Notes: generated from the letters alone by a model not told the origin. Shown: positions 1 to 13,949, counted from the first letter of the whole stretch. The stretch: DNA of 63,853 bases, filler included, from Parasitella parasitica NRRL 2501 (GCA_025201805.1; 10 parts of 10 records of this genome joined end to end with filler, not necessarily neighbours in it); one strand, 5' to 3'. Numbers and translations are program-made.

Positions 1-1022
1 CAGAAACTCTATAAAGCTTATTACTATCAGAAACTCATCCTCTTTTTCTTCTATATAATTTTTTTACAACATAACCATCTCTTTTGTTGGTACGTTTGCA
101 ATTACTCTTTGCGCTATTTTTATTAACGGTCTTAATTTTGTGGCTTTCGTTTGGTCTCATAGTTCATTTACTCTATCAGTATAAGAATAATGTATTATAA
201 TACACTATCTTATATGGAGTAATCTGGAGTTTGTGGCTAATGGATAAGGATCGTAGATTTGATAACGTATCGTATCATTATTCTAAAATTAACATTCTCA
301 AAAGGCCATCTTAAACGCAATCAACGTTTGCTAATGTAGAAGGGGATAAAATTCTGCTCCTGCCAATATAGATTACGATAGGGGAGAACTCAGATTTGAA
401 TAGTTGAAATATTGCTGCATTGTTATGATTCAGAGATGAAAACATCTTAAGGATGGGTTTATGGACTATGATTTAAAGTATTTTTTTTTAGTCGTTTTTA
501 CTCTCTAGACTATGTCATCTGAAAGTAATGAAGATCAAAAGCTTAGTATTTAGGCTATAATAGAAATCTGAATAGAAACCAAGGCTTGAAAAAGTTGTTG
601 CGTTCACAAAAAACAGTGATCACTCAAACTTTTGTGCTTAAAAAGTCTGGTTTATTAGTGAATTTAAAAAAAGCATCTTTGTCCTTCCAAAAGTATAGAC
701 ATACGCTCAGGATTTAGATTGCAAATCTTGAAGTTTGAGCTTAATGATGTCTCTAAATATCCGATGATATTTGATGCAAATAAGTATAAGTTAATGTCTA
801 CATTTGACGTAGAAATGCTGCATTCTAGATCGTGACTATGATTAAAATATCCCATGGTATTAAGATAGCACAGGTGCCATATAATCGACAATTTTTTAAT
901 ACAAGGCACAAACTAGGATTGACTTTGACAGCTAAATGACATTATTTGACAGCTCGATTTATAGACACTTTGTAATTGTAAGTCAGGTTCAAGTATTTTT
1001 GAAAGGTTATCATCACTTGATT

Positions 1023-1640
1023 CTATACAAAATTGTTGTTTTGAGATATGAATTGATAGCTAGTTACAACTGCTGTTGGTGATGCCACCGGATTACAGTA
1101 GTTCAGTACGGTTTTGCATGATTGCTGTTGCTTATTAAAGCCATGTTTATATGATGTTATTACTGTTGATAAGTGACGCTGCGGTGACACTGTATTATCA
1201 AACAGAGCTGGCATCATCAAATCATACCGATTAAACGTGTGTATCAAGCATTCGATTGCTGCTGATTCAATTATAATCACATCTTTGTTATAGCTTGGAG
1301 AAGAAACAAATGTAACTAGTGTTGATAACACAAGCATTGTCAAGCCTGGAGTCTGTATGTTCTTATTCCGAGAGATGACATTTGCTCCAGGTAAAGTGGT
1401 ACGCAGTATGCTTTCGCTTGTATGTCCCTCTTTTAATCCCTTTTTGGCGTATTTATCTAATCGAGTTTGTACAGGTATCAGCTAAATTGTATTTCAGGCA
1501 TCTTTGACAAGGATGACCGTCATACACTTTTTGCATGCTTTCTGACAATGAACTAGAAGTAATTTAGGGCATTGATTTAACGCATTCATATAACTTACCA
1601 TATGCATTTTTATCCTACTTTCTCTTTGGTTTAGTCAATT
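1023..1640 (-). pseudogene. Degenerate Zn(II)2Cys6 zinc-cluster transcription factor
   Basis: Manual minus-strand translation across a GT-AG intron (1553-1598) gives PKRK*DKNAYVHCQKACKKC-(1-nt frameshift)-DGHPCQRCLKYNLADTCTNSIR*IRQKGIKRGTYKRK, a Zn2Cys6 motif with two stops, a frameshift and the first Cys replaced by Tyr. Boundaries are approximate. Confidence 0.75.
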
Positions 1641-2050
1641 CTCGATTGCATGATTTTGGAGTTTCTTCCATTGGAAACCTAAATTCTTGACCGAAACTTA
1701 GCTTTTGCAATTCCATTGCTATTGGATTAGCAGCATGTTAACTTTGCTGCAACAGCAGCAGACCCAAAGATAGCTGATTCTTGAAAAAAAAAAAGAAAAA
1801 GAGGCAAAAAGAATCAAGATGAAATGAGACTTTTAGAATACAATACAAAGGCTTATGTCACTCTAGAACACTGTTTATCTGGAGAAGTCAGTCAATACAC
1901 ATGTACATAACCAAATAAGGCATGTAGGACAACTACGCTAGCATGAAAGAACATCTATCATTCTATTTGACAATAACTTAAATAATTATATACTTTCATA
2001 TGTGAAATGTAATATAACAAAGAGATCTAAATGTCCATATTCTTATGGGC

Positions 2051-2972
2051 TTATGCAAATCTGGAAACAAATGCGACAGTTTCATTTCGAGAGGGAGCAT
2101 TGGAAGGTACAACATGTCTACAACAATGATTAGCAACTTATCACAGACCACTCGCTTGAAAGCTTACCCTCCTGTATGACGGATAACAATAGGGTCAATA
2201 CAGAGATTAACAAGATCTTCTTGAAGGTCAGGGGAGATCAGTTTATCTTCTTGCCCGATCATATGAAGAGTAGGTGTACTGATCTTATGAGTCCATATAT
2301 TTTCTGTTGCTTTTTGCTTCAACGGCTTGAAGCCAGCAGCAAGCATTGCAAACTTGAAATTGGAGTGCTCAAAGTCAGAGTCGAATAGTGCTGGTGCCAA
2401 AGCACGATCTTCAAGAGCAACAAGAATGACAGCAGCTAAACAAGCACCTTGCGAGAAACCGAAAATACCGTCAAATGGACCCTTAATAAAAATTAGTTGA
2501 CATGGTTACCACAACGTGGTGCCTGTAGACTGAATTTACCTCTTTTATCATTATATCCTTTACAAACGCTACTGATTCTTTAAACCCCATAAAGTAACCG
2601 TCTTCAGTTTGCTGATCAGGATAAGGTTGCCACCAGGCAAAAGGCTTTTCCTCTATAAACTAGATTTAATATTTAATCTAGTCAAACATTGGATTAGTTT
2701 ACCTTCAGGGGCATTCTCATCAGCAGCAGCCGCACGATGAGCTTCCGAAGTATACTTGGGATCAGTCGTCATTTGAGGTGCAGTTACGTAAACTATTGAT
2801 TCGACATGTTGGGCTGATGCACACAATATCAAAATAAAAAAGATGAACAATTACCCAAATCAGCAACCTTGTCAAGTTTCTTTCTGATAACAGCAGTTTT
2901 TTTGCGAAAGACAGTAGCGTTTTGAACCATGCCATGGAGGCAAAGTATACGTAGTTTCTTGTGGGCGGTCAT
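2051..2972 (-). CDS. FSH1/OVCA2-family serine hydrolase (multi-exon)
   Basis: Spliced translation shows N-terminal LRILCLHG, nucleophile elbow GPFDGIFGFSQGA, PTLHMIGQED, and HTGGHVVP across the last intron. ATG at 2972, TAA at 2051. Confidence 0.88.
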
Positions 2973-3151
2973 ATTGAATTAAAAAAAACCTTTTTATTAG
3001 TGATATATCATTCTGAAAGCCATTTAACTGTCGTCGTTTAGTGCAAGTTTCATCGCTGAGATTTCACAGTGACTAGGTTTTACATGCATAGTTCAGTTGC
3101 CTTTATAAAATATGGCCATTTAAAATTCTTTACTTGTAGTATACAACAAGA

Positions 3152-4297
3152 ATGGCCACAAATGCATTGTTTCAAACAAATATCGACTCGTCGTCCAAGA
3201 GCAGCTTTCCACAGCCACCGAAATTAGAATCAATCAACAGTTTTCTAGCTATCAATAACAGCAACACGGCAGATTCATCAAAGGAACCAATGTCAATATT
3301 TTCTACAATACCATCACAAAAGAAGGATATCTCTAGTATCCCACCCGTGTTCTTTGTTGGAGGGTTAGAAAATACATCAATTTTAAACGGACCTATGAAT
3401 GAAGCAAGGGATCAAAGCAATCTGTCCATTGGCTATGGTGATAGAAGATTATCTGGCGTCCTCTCAGAGGTAAAATATCAATGTATTTTAGATCTATAAT
3501 AAATGCTTACAACACGGCCAGAAACATGATGATACAAAAGTAGAAACTTTTACAAAGCAAGATCAATCATCTAAAAAGTAAGGTTCCTTCATTTTGACGT
3601 ACCTTGTTCTGATGCTGTTTGTAGACGTATATTTTTGGGCACTGCTGATGCACAACGCGGGTTGTTTGGGAACGGAGATGTTCAAAAAAAACGTAGAGGT
3701 AAGTTGGATGGAAGGAGACAGTGTGTGTGTGATATTGAATTGCTTTAAATTAAGGATCCTCATCATTCCCAAAAAATGATAATAAATCGTAAGTGTTTCT
3801 AGATGTATTTGCTGTATGTTGATCCTGAAAACATTTGTGTATTCAGATCATCTCCACACATCAGCGAGTCGCAATCAAAATCTATTCGGGTCTTTGGATA
3901 TCCTGCAAATTTGGTGAACAATGTTGTTTCTCATTTCAACAGATATGGCAAGATTGAAAAATACGAGCAAGCACCAGGTAGTAATTGGATCACGATTACA
4001 TACGAGAAAAACGCATCCGCATTGGCAGCATTGAAAAGCAATGGTGTAATCATCTCAAAAAATCAATTGATAGGCGTTACGTTAGAGGAGCCACCTACAC
4101 ATCCCGTGCCCCAAAATGTTATTCCTTTAAATGATTCAAACGGTGTATTTAAAACTTATGCTCTCAGTACAACTACCAGTAGCGGCTTGGGAAAAGGAAA
4201 AGTGGGTGTCAGCGCATTAGATGAGTCTAATACAGGAACTGAATCAATCGAAAGTGGCTTTTTTTCTAAATTAAAGGATGCTTTTCTTGGTTGGTAA
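3152..4297 (+). CDS. NUP53: Nucleoporin Nup53/Nup35-like (RRM domain, multi-exon)
   Basis: Disordered N-terminus, Nup35-type RRM (IRVFGYP...HFNRYGKI...NWITITY...AALKSNG) and C-terminal amphipathic helix FFSKLKDAFLGW. Four GT-AG introns keep the frame. Confidence 0.8.
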
Positions 4298-4611
4298 AAC
4301 CAAAAAAAATCTACATTACACATAGAATAAACGAAAAAGTCCCCTCCAATCATAAGTATATATGAGCATGACCAAGTTTGACCATCTCCCTACAGTTTTA
4401 CATACATTTCGATTCGCTGTATGATTGGCTATCATACTTGACTCACTCTTAAATCAAAGGCTCAAATTCAACTTGATTTACATGCTACATTATCGACGAA
4501 AATCTTCAATATAAAATTTCTGAATGATATGATTTTTCTTTTCATTTCTTTTGATCTACAACATTAAACAAGTATTATTTTCTGTATACCATCTAGTATT
4601 ATAATATCAAA

Positions 4612-5635
4612 ATGGCTTCCGTATCTGACCAACTCAAAAGTAAGATTGTATCCATCAGATATTCGATTTTTCATGTTTTACTGATCAGATTTAAAATCTT
4701 TAGTCAACTTTACATCTGGAGCAATGGGACTTTCGCTTTCGTATGCTTGTATGCATCCTCTCGATACAATTAAAACACGGATTCAAGCTGATACTACCGG
4801 CAATTGGCGTAAGGTTGTATTCTCTAAATCTACTGTGCACAGCCTTGGAAGAGGTTTCTTTGTTTCTGCCTTGGGTGCAGCAGGTCAAGGAGGAGCCCGG
4901 TTCAGTACCTACGAATTTTGTAAATCTAAAATGCTTCCTAAAGAAAAGAATGCATTCACCATACCTGTCACGGCATTATCAGCAATTCTCGGCGATTTAG
5001 CCTCCAGTGTGATTAAAGTGCCTCGAGAAGTTGTAACTGCCAAACTTCAAATCGATCATTACAAACCAACAAATGGCCAAAATCCCACTGCTGCATATGT
5101 GATCCGCCAAACTTTATTAGAAGAAGGTCCCAAGGGCCTATTCCGTGGATTTTGGGCTATTGCTGCTCGCGACTCACCGTTCATGGTCATTCTTCTAGTA
5201 TCTTACGAAAATTTCAAAGCATTTCACCATCGTTCAGTTAGAGAAGCCTTGGAAAAAACACGCGAATATAGAGTGAAGCAAAAGCAAATGGTAGCAAGTG
5301 CTGCTTTTGAAGAGTTGGAAGCTGATATTCCTACAATGCGTAGTATCATGTATGGTGGTATTAGTGGATTCTTGGCTGGTTACTTTACGACTCCCATGGA
5401 CGTTTTACGTACACGTATGATTGCTCAAAAAGCAGTGAAGCCCCTGTCAGTGACAGAGATGGCAAAGCATATGGTGGTTTTAACTACTGGTTCTTCAAAA
5501 ATTAATAGATCAATCAACATCTACAAAACTTTTTTTGTTGGTGCAATTCCTAGAAGTGTATGGTGGTTTGGTATTTGCGGCATCTTCTTCCCTACATATG
5601 AGACATTAAAGTCTCTGATGAATAGCAGCAATTAG
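4612..5635 (+). CDS. Mitochondrial carrier (SLC25) protein, possibly S-adenosylmethionine carrier-like
   Basis: Three carrier signatures Px[DE]xx[KR]: PLDTIKTR, PREVVTAK, PMDVLRTR. Short first exon from ATG 4612, then one intron. Substrate is inferred. Confidence 0.88.
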
Positions 5636-6395
5636 AATCATTATCATAATACATACCCTTTCACTTTACTCTCATAGCTTATAAAAAATTATTTTATATT
5701 ATACATGTACAAATTACAAATTCAATAAATACAGCCGCAATACGCTTTACATACATTTAACTTTAGCTAATATTGCAATGTTTCTTGAATCTTTTGAGAG
5801 AAGAGACCAATGCCAATAAGCATAGCCTCGCTCTTGGTCAAATCCAGTGTCTATACTTGTTGGATATAATACACAGATTATAGGGAAACAATTCACCTAA
5901 CAATATCATGTACTTTGTTGCTTCATGTGTGTATACCAAAACTGGCAGTGTTACTAACCATTTAGAATTTAACTTGGAAGCTTGAAACATTCTAAAGTAC
6001 CGTATATCAACAGATAGTCAATGTTAAAGCCTCAATAGTGTATCTTAGACCTGCCCTTTGTCATGTTTCTTCTTCGAATTTATACCGTCTTTTCTTTTCC
6101 AGAAATAATATTGTATCTAAATATTCCAGTAGCTAATTTCTCTCTAAAAAATTTAGATGGCCACTGGGGATGCTTGTATACCCTTCCCTGGGACAATGTG
6201 TATATGGTACCAGTTTGCCGCACAAGCTGCGATTTTATGCCTTCGTAAGACATTTCTTGAATTAATTGCAATGTGCCTGTGCGAAAAAAAATGACAATGA
6301 TGCTATATGGCTTGCAGAAGACAAAACAGACAGAGAATATGATGTTGTGAAAATAGACGATCTTTATTCCTTTGTAACGTTTAGACAAAAATTAT

Positions 6396-7996
6396 CTAAA
6401 CTTTGGCAAAAGGGTTTCTATTAAGCCTAAGTTTGAGTATGACAAGAATAATCGCCGCTACTAAATACGCGACACCAGAAAACATTTTATAACTAAAGAA
6501 AGGTTCCGAGCCAACGCCAGCCTCAATAGCACTTGCAATATTGGAACCAAACACAGGGATAACATTTGTAACCAGCAAAAGCGACAGTCCAGAAAGGAAT
6601 CTTTCCATGCCAAGAAGATAGGCAGTGATGGGCGAAATCAGTGCGAAAAAAGAGCCACTAGTCAAACCAAATACAGTTGCAAATGCCATTAAACTTGCAT
6701 AGTTTGAAGCAAAAGCCCAGATGAGTAAACAACTCAGTGAAGTGATAAAAGTGAATATCAGGTTTGTGTTGATTTTTCCAATGCGATCAGCAAGAAAACC
6801 AGTGATGACACGGCCAACAAAATTACAAGCAGAACTAACAGCAACCAAGGCAGAACTTTTTGAGTCATCAATACCCAGATAAGATGCATAAGATGGCAAG
6901 AAGAAGTAGGGCACGAAATATCCAAATAGACCAATATTGGACGCAATGCAGAAAATAACAAAGTTGGCATCCTTGAGAACTGCAAAATTTACAATCTGAG
7001 ACAGCTTTTTTCTGCTTCTAACAGACGAAGGGTTCCTTTCTTTTACAGTTAGACAAGCAACGGTATCACAGATTAAGCATATAAAGCCAAGAATACGGAA
7101 AGTCCAAGCAAAACCTAAACTACCATTGATAGCAGTCATTACAAAAGGGATAATCAGACCACCAATTCCTGATCCACTGGCAATAATACCAAGAGCAAGA
7201 CCTCTGCGCTTTGTGAACCACTGAGGAGCAACGCCCATAATTGCAACATAGATACAAGAAGCACCCACACCAAAGACAACACCTTGAGTAAGATACAAGT
7301 GCCAGATTTGAGTACTGAATCCAGCCATCTCAAGACCGAGAGCAACCAAGATAGTGCCAACGATAAGAACAATACGAATACCAAAGACAGAAACACAGAT
7401 TTGGATGATTGGACTAACAGCATTGAGACATACCATGGCAAGCGTACCAACAAAACTTAGCTTGACTGTAACATTTGGCAAATCATTGAACGTGTTGCGT
7501 TCAAAGTAATCCTGCATTACACCTAGGACGATTTTTAGTCATAAAAAAGTAGATCAGTTTAATTTATCTTACCCCTAAGAAAAGAGTGGATTAATAAAAC
7601 AAACGATCAGCCTACATTTCTAATCATAATTACCAACTAGTGCAAGTGCCGAAACTGGTTACTTGGACAAGAAAAGCGCCTAAAACTACAAACCAGCCAT
7701 AGCCACCGTCCTTCTGGTCTTCCTTAGGATGAGTTGCTGGGAGTCCCATCTCATTTTTGGTATCAGATAAGGATCCTAACTCTTGACAAACAACTGCAAA
7801 TGTTCGATTCCCAATATCGTAGCAAAGGGACATTGGACGTTAGCAACGATATATCATGTTTTCTACTAGTAAAGTATACGCTACCTTCAGCAGTATCGGA
7901 AGCAAAATGACCATACTTTGATTTTAAAACGACATCTCGGTCAGAGAACGTCTTTTCATTGACATTATCTATAGTAACAGTACGTTCGTTTGTCAT
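6396..7996 (-). CDS. MFS transporter, monocarboxylate porter (MCT/Mch-like) family
   Basis: DGGYGWFVV motif before TM1, SWGVMQDY after splicing, PQWFTKRRGLALG, GFLADRIG, about 12 hydrophobic segments. Three introns, including a predicted 2-nt exon at 7573-7574. Confidence 0.9.
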
Positions 7997-9058
7997 ATTC
8001 TTCAAAAGCAAATGGGGACTGATTTCTTTTGTCCTTTTTTTTTTTTTTCAAAATAAAATTAAAACGATCACCTACGGGGTAGCAAACAAAAACTTGGAAA
8101 GCTTCTTCTTGATCGATAAGGTTGTGATGGGGAGAAAAGCAGAATTAGAATGGGAATATTTCAAAAAGTTTTTAAATAGAAATAGTTACCGCTGTTCGTA
8201 TGCCTATATTAGAAACAGCTATGGTACAAGTGAATCATAACATCTCGGATCCAACAGCGAAAATCCGCGACCCCGCGAGTTTCAACAGCGCAAATCCAAC
8301 TCAAAAAGAGCATCGTTGAAGATTGCCTGCAATCATAATTCATATCCACGGCAAGCCGCATAAATGATAGAATTTGTTCATGTATCGTCAATGTTGACTA
8401 TCCTAAAATAGAACAATCACGTTAATGTGTAACAGCAAGTTTGCATATTGATTAGTAGGGATTTGTCATCCTTGAATTCATTGGTAAATTGCGTGTAGAA
8501 TAAATCACATACTGTACCCATACGTTGATTTAAAGTTGCTGGCTCATGATGTTAAGAATGATAGTTTTTCTTCATTCTTGATTAATACAGTGACGCAGTG
8601 CCTTCATATTAAGTTTGTAGCGGATGGTAGAGATCTTAAATTATGCTCTTCAAGTAAATTCTTTAGCTAGCAATCGTCCTGGCTGCGGCACAACTTTGGG
8701 ACACACTCGAGGCTAAAAAGGCTTTTTTTACGTGTAGAGGCTGATGTTCTACGACTGGTAAGTTTTAAGCTGTTCACTACACAATGACAACATAAATAAA
8801 ACGGCGTAAATTTACGTTTATTTATGCGCAATAATGAGGGGTGCAAATGTTCAATTTGGAAAGCTTTCCATTCAAACAATTCTTTAAATTTTCTGCACAT
8901 TTAATTTATTGGTTCAATGTTAGTACATCTAACAATTCTATAATAAAGAACAAGCCTTGGATTGTTGATCGTCCTTTAGCGATGTCTGGTGACTGGCTTA
9001 GCATCCTTTTGTAGGTACAAAATGAATTCTGTTTTCGTGTTGCGTTTTCTTAAACACT

Positions 9059-11247
9059 ATGATCATTGACGATAAAGCAATAAAAGAGTCTAAATTACAG
9101 CTACAACAATCTATAGTTGTTTGCTCAGAGAGATGTCTGTTTTACTCTTCCAAATGGTAACATTTATACCTTCTCAATCCTATCATTATAACCTCATGAC
9201 TTTTCACAGGGCTGCCGAAGTCTTGGATGGCATAAAGAAGGATGTAATTGAGGACAAAGAGGCATTCACAAATGCTGAAACAAACTGGAAATCAGTCTCA
9301 ACATATCAAATTCCTTATGAGGCGTCTTTACCGCCATTATCCGAGTACGAATACAACAAGTACCAATATGCAAAATCACTATTTCATATCCGTCAATTCG
9401 ATAGCGTCAAGGACGTATTAGGCAACTCCAAGTCACCAAAACTCTATTTCTTAAGACTCTATGCCAAATATCTGGTAAGGAAAATTAAGAGAAGTAATGA
9501 GCAATGTCGACTAAAGGTGTTCAATGTAAGGCTGGCGAAAAGAGACGAGAGGAATTAAGTCAAGAGATATTTGGAGTAACTGAAGATACAAAAGCAGATA
9601 ATCTAGAATTGAATTCAATATACGAGGAGCTCACAGAAGATCACAACAAGGGAAATTTAGATGCGTTTGGTTTATATTTGTAAATGTGGACTAGTCAATA
9701 AGAGTCAGTGACACTAAAGCAGCTTATACGGTAGATATGGTATTGTGTTGCGGAAACGGAATGCTGGATTTAAAGCAGCAGCCGTACTATTAGAGTCTAT
9801 TCGAAAATATCAGCACAATTGGTCTGCATGGATGGAGTTGGGTCTGCTCGTTCAAAATAGCAAAATGTTTATGGATTTACAAGTATTGGTGAACAAAGAG
9901 TTTGAAGGGAGCGTCTTCAAGGACTTCTTTTTAGCTAAATTGTGCATCGATCTCCATCAACCAAGTTCAATATTTGCAACCATCATGGAACCGCTGACCA
10001 CTTGTTTTCCTCACAGTGCATATGTGAAATCCCAGTGGGCCATTTTATATTACGATACAATGGGTAGGCGTCTAGCATGTACCTGAACCTGAACCTGACT
10101 CTCAATTATTTTGATTTCATGGCATTTAGACTATAACGAATCATTGCTCATGTTCGAGGAACTTCGCAGAGCATTTCCGTCGAGGCTGGAAGATATGGAT
10201 GTATTTTCAAACTTGTTGTATTTGCAAGATTCCAAAGACAAATTGTGCGTGCTGGCATTAGAATGTGATAAAATTGACAAATACAGACCAGAAACATGCT
10301 GTGTGCGAGGTATTGTATGTCCAGTCTCAGGAGGAAAAGTAAAAGTTGGCTCAAAAAAAATCATTCGTAGCAAACTACTTTAGTGTGAAAAGAGAAGTGC
10401 CTGAATCAATAGAGTATTTTAAGCGAGCATTGAAGCTGAACCGAAGCTATCATCTAGCATGGACCTTGTTGGGACATGATTACATCGAGTTGAAGAATAC
10501 AAATGCTGCCATTGAATGCTACAGAAGAGCAGTTGGTAACGTATTCGTTGGTAAAACCTTAGATCCCCAGTATTAATCTGTGGATTAGGTGTCAACAGTC
10601 GAGATTACAGAGCTTGGTACGGTCTAGGGCAAGCATATGAAGTAAGGAAACTCCCATACGACGCTATTTACTATTATCAAAAGGCAACAGACCTTCGACC
10701 TTACGATTCCAGGATGTGGAGGGCCTTAGCGAATTGCTATCAAACCTTACAGCAAGATGACGAGGCGAGGGATTGCTACAAAAGAGCAGCTGCTTGTGAT
10801 AAAACCGGGAAAAATCTGGCAATGATACAATTAGGCAGGATTTTTGAAAAAATGGGTAGAATGAGCGTCGCCATTGACTATTACCACACAGTATGGGATC
10901 AGGCTAGATTCAATGTAAATATTGAGTATCGGTAGGGGGGGGGGAAGGATTAGGCACTAACTTTGAGTTCTAGAAAATAAGCGATGAACTAGCAGAAATA
11001 TGTCTCGTCCTAGCCAGACATGCTAAAAGCAAGGAACGCTATAAAGATGCCGTGGCGTACGCTGCTACTGCCTTGAATACAAACCATCCAGTAAGTCTTT
11101 TTGAGAATAATATGCGCATGACAAAAACTAATGTCGCTCAATTTCTAAATAAAGTACCATGAACAAGCAAGAGTGATGCTTGACGAAATCAAGATTTTCA
11201 AGGAAATGAGCAGAGAAAAGCGGAAAAAAGTAGTTTCAACAGGATGA
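9059..11247 (+). CDS. CDC23: Anaphase-promoting complex subunit 8 / Cdc23 (TPR protein, multi-exon)
   Basis: [54 protein letters not shown]...[39 protein letters not shown]. Confidence 0.92.
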
Positions 11248-11372
11248 ATACAAGCTGTGGTTGCAAGTTACACGAGCCATTGATGATTCCTAGGGTGATT
11301 TTATTCCATATTGCTCAAATAAACATGTCAATATCGACTCCTATTTTTATACATGTTCACATCTCTTTCTTT

Positions 11373-11374
<2 letters not shown>

Positions 11375-11449
<75 letters not shown>
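11375..11449. repeat. Poly(T) homopolymer of about 75 nt immediately upstream of SPA2
   Basis: Directly visible; its length may be unreliable in the assembly. Confidence 0.9.
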
Positions 11450-11462
11450 CTCCTTCAAAGAA

Positions 11463-13807
11463 ATGCAGTATCAGAGTCGACCTCAAGAAAATTGGGATCA
11501 CAGCAAAGTGAACATGGCTAAAACTCCATCAACTGGTTCTACAGCTTATTCAATTTCATCTTCTTCGAGTCGGCAGACGAGCTCATCACTTCAAGAAGCA
11601 TCTGCTAGAACTTACTTTGTTGAACTTGAGAAATACCTTTATTCTCTACTAACAAAAGGTACCGTTTGTATTTTCGGCTTTTTCTCATGCTTATATATGT
11701 ACATTCTTATAGAGGCAGCTGAGGGTGTTTCAACTCAAAGGTCTGCTGCACGACAAAAGCTAACCCGATTGAACAGTTTACAGTTTCATGAATTAGCAAC
11801 AGATGTCTATGATGAGCTGATGAGACGAAATCTCGAAAAACACAGTATGTTGTCAATTTTCATCACACGGACCAAAAAAAAAAAAAGCTTAGCATTGTAC
11901 AATTCAGAGTCATTTCTAGAATTAAGAGAGGATTTTCATCCAAGGAGAAATCAAGCGAGACAAAAACTAGCTACTCTACCCGATGGAAGATTCAAAGATC
12001 TTGCGAGCGATGTTTACCATGAACTAAAAAGAAGATATCCCCATATTGCCATGGAAGATGAGGTAGGGAAAAGTATAGCTGCAGACAAATAATGGGTACC
12101 ACGTGTCTAAGACATGTAATTAGTTACCTCCTATGCCTCAGCACAAGAAAATTGATACAAAGGCACACCCGAGCCAGTCTACTAATATAATACCAGTAAA
12201 AGGAATGATCAGCGTGGAGTCAGCGGATTACTCGGACGAAGACGAAGGCAATGGACGATCATCTGTTTCGGATAATGGCAACACTCAATCATTGGATAGT
12301 CTGATGGCCGATTTGGGAAACATGGTCAAGACGCCACGCTTTGACATGAAGAACTCGACAGATGTTGCGAGTATTCGATATGAATATGAATCAAGAATCA
12401 ATCAAATGGCAAAGCGAATAAAAATGCTTGAACTGTCATTGGATTCAGTAAGTGTGATCTTGGTTCCAAATATCAAAAAATCCCTAAATTTATAATTGTC
12501 AGGATACTTCTACCCATGCCGGACAATCGAGAATAAAACAAATGCAGGAAGAATATAAACAATTAGACAGCAAATATAGCCAATTGAACACCGATCATAG
12601 AGAGCAACAAGTGGTATGGCTTATTTTTTCAAGCTTTGCAACTTTACTAACCATGACACCAGGCTGTGCGCGAAGTGAAAAACGAAATCAAGCAATTAGT
12701 CGAGGAACTCAAAAGCCTTTCAGATAAGAATGAAAATTTAAGAATTCAAAACGAGAAAGCAGACATTGAAATTAGAAGTCTGTCACAGGAGACAAGATCA
12801 TGGAGGAGGAAATATGAAACTATCAGCATGGAACTTCGAAGCTTTAAAACCAGATCTATCGCTATAGAGGGTCAAGATCTATCGACAAATTTCCTCCTAA
12901 AACCCACCCCAAACGGCGCAATCGACCATCAGTTTATTATAGATTATCAATCCGCGATAGACGAACTTATGAAGACATCCAGATCCAGTAAACCTCCTGA
13001 TGTTTTATTGTCAATGAGAACAATCGTAATGGCCTGTAAAGCAATTACCACCGAAGTGGAGGATTATGAAGTAAAAGTTGGCCTAACACCTGCAGATCAA
13101 GATTCCCTGTATAATATAAAAAACAAGTTTTCTGTAGAATTGACAAATCTTTTAGCCTCGGCCAAAAACTTTGCTGCAGGAATGGGTGTGGGTCCAGTTA
13201 GTCTATTAGATGCTGCTGCTGGCAACCTTACTAGTACAATTGTCGAGCTTGTCAAGTTATTAGGCATGCGGCCCATTGACGACAATGATAATATTGTCCA
13301 ATCACTATCTGTTTCAAAAGAAGGCAGCAAAGCAGTGATGAGTGAGAACTCGTTAGGTGACATATTAGGCCCTAATCAACTTTCCGCAAGTGTTCTGTAT
13401 TGCAGTTTACCTTGATATGTCTATTAATTTTTGTTTCATTTCTATAGCAATTTCTCAAAACAGAAACCGACCATATTGTGTCATCAGTGCAGAGCTTACT
13501 TGGAGCCTTGAGATCAAGCGATGGCAATCTCTACGATATCATTACTTCAATCGTTAAAATCGTATTCAACATCATTCAAACATCGCAAAAATCGTTCTCT
13601 GCAGGACAAGGACTTGAATACAAGAATCAAGGCAGTGTTATCTTGTCTGATCTTGAGAAATGCAATACTAAAATTATTCGAATCCGAGATGCCTCGTTTA
13701 TTCAATCTCCAGAAAATGCAACTGCAATTGATAAACGAAATCTAGCTCAAGAATCATATGAAATTGCCAAACATACTAAAGAGCTTATAAACATGCTGGA
13801 TGCATAG
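11463..13807 (+). CDS. SPA2: Polarisome scaffold Spa2-like (two GIT/Spa2 homology repeats, coiled coil, C-terminal helical domain)
   Basis: ARQKLTRLNSLQFHELATDVYDELMRR, RNQARQKLATLPDGRFKDLASDVYHELKRR and C-terminal LAQESYEIAKHTKEL. Multiple introns, the last one GC-AG (13386-13447). Confidence 0.88.
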
Positions 13808-13949
13808 ACCGAAAAATTGCCTATTTCTCTTTAGTTTTGTAAATATGTATACTTAATACACCTTTTAAATAATCTTTCAGCTAAATAAATTCGGCATAAC
13901 ATCATTGCTTTGCCTATTTGTAGTCTTAATGAACCTTTTTTTTCGTTAA

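Noticed and set aside
5760-6388. Possible small minus-strand gene (ORF 6080-6388)
   Set aside because: No recognisable motif and no consistent exon model could be built.
11244-11462. Poly-Phe N-terminal extension of SPA2
   Set aside because: Translation of the poly(T) tract; the ATG at 11463 is more plausible.
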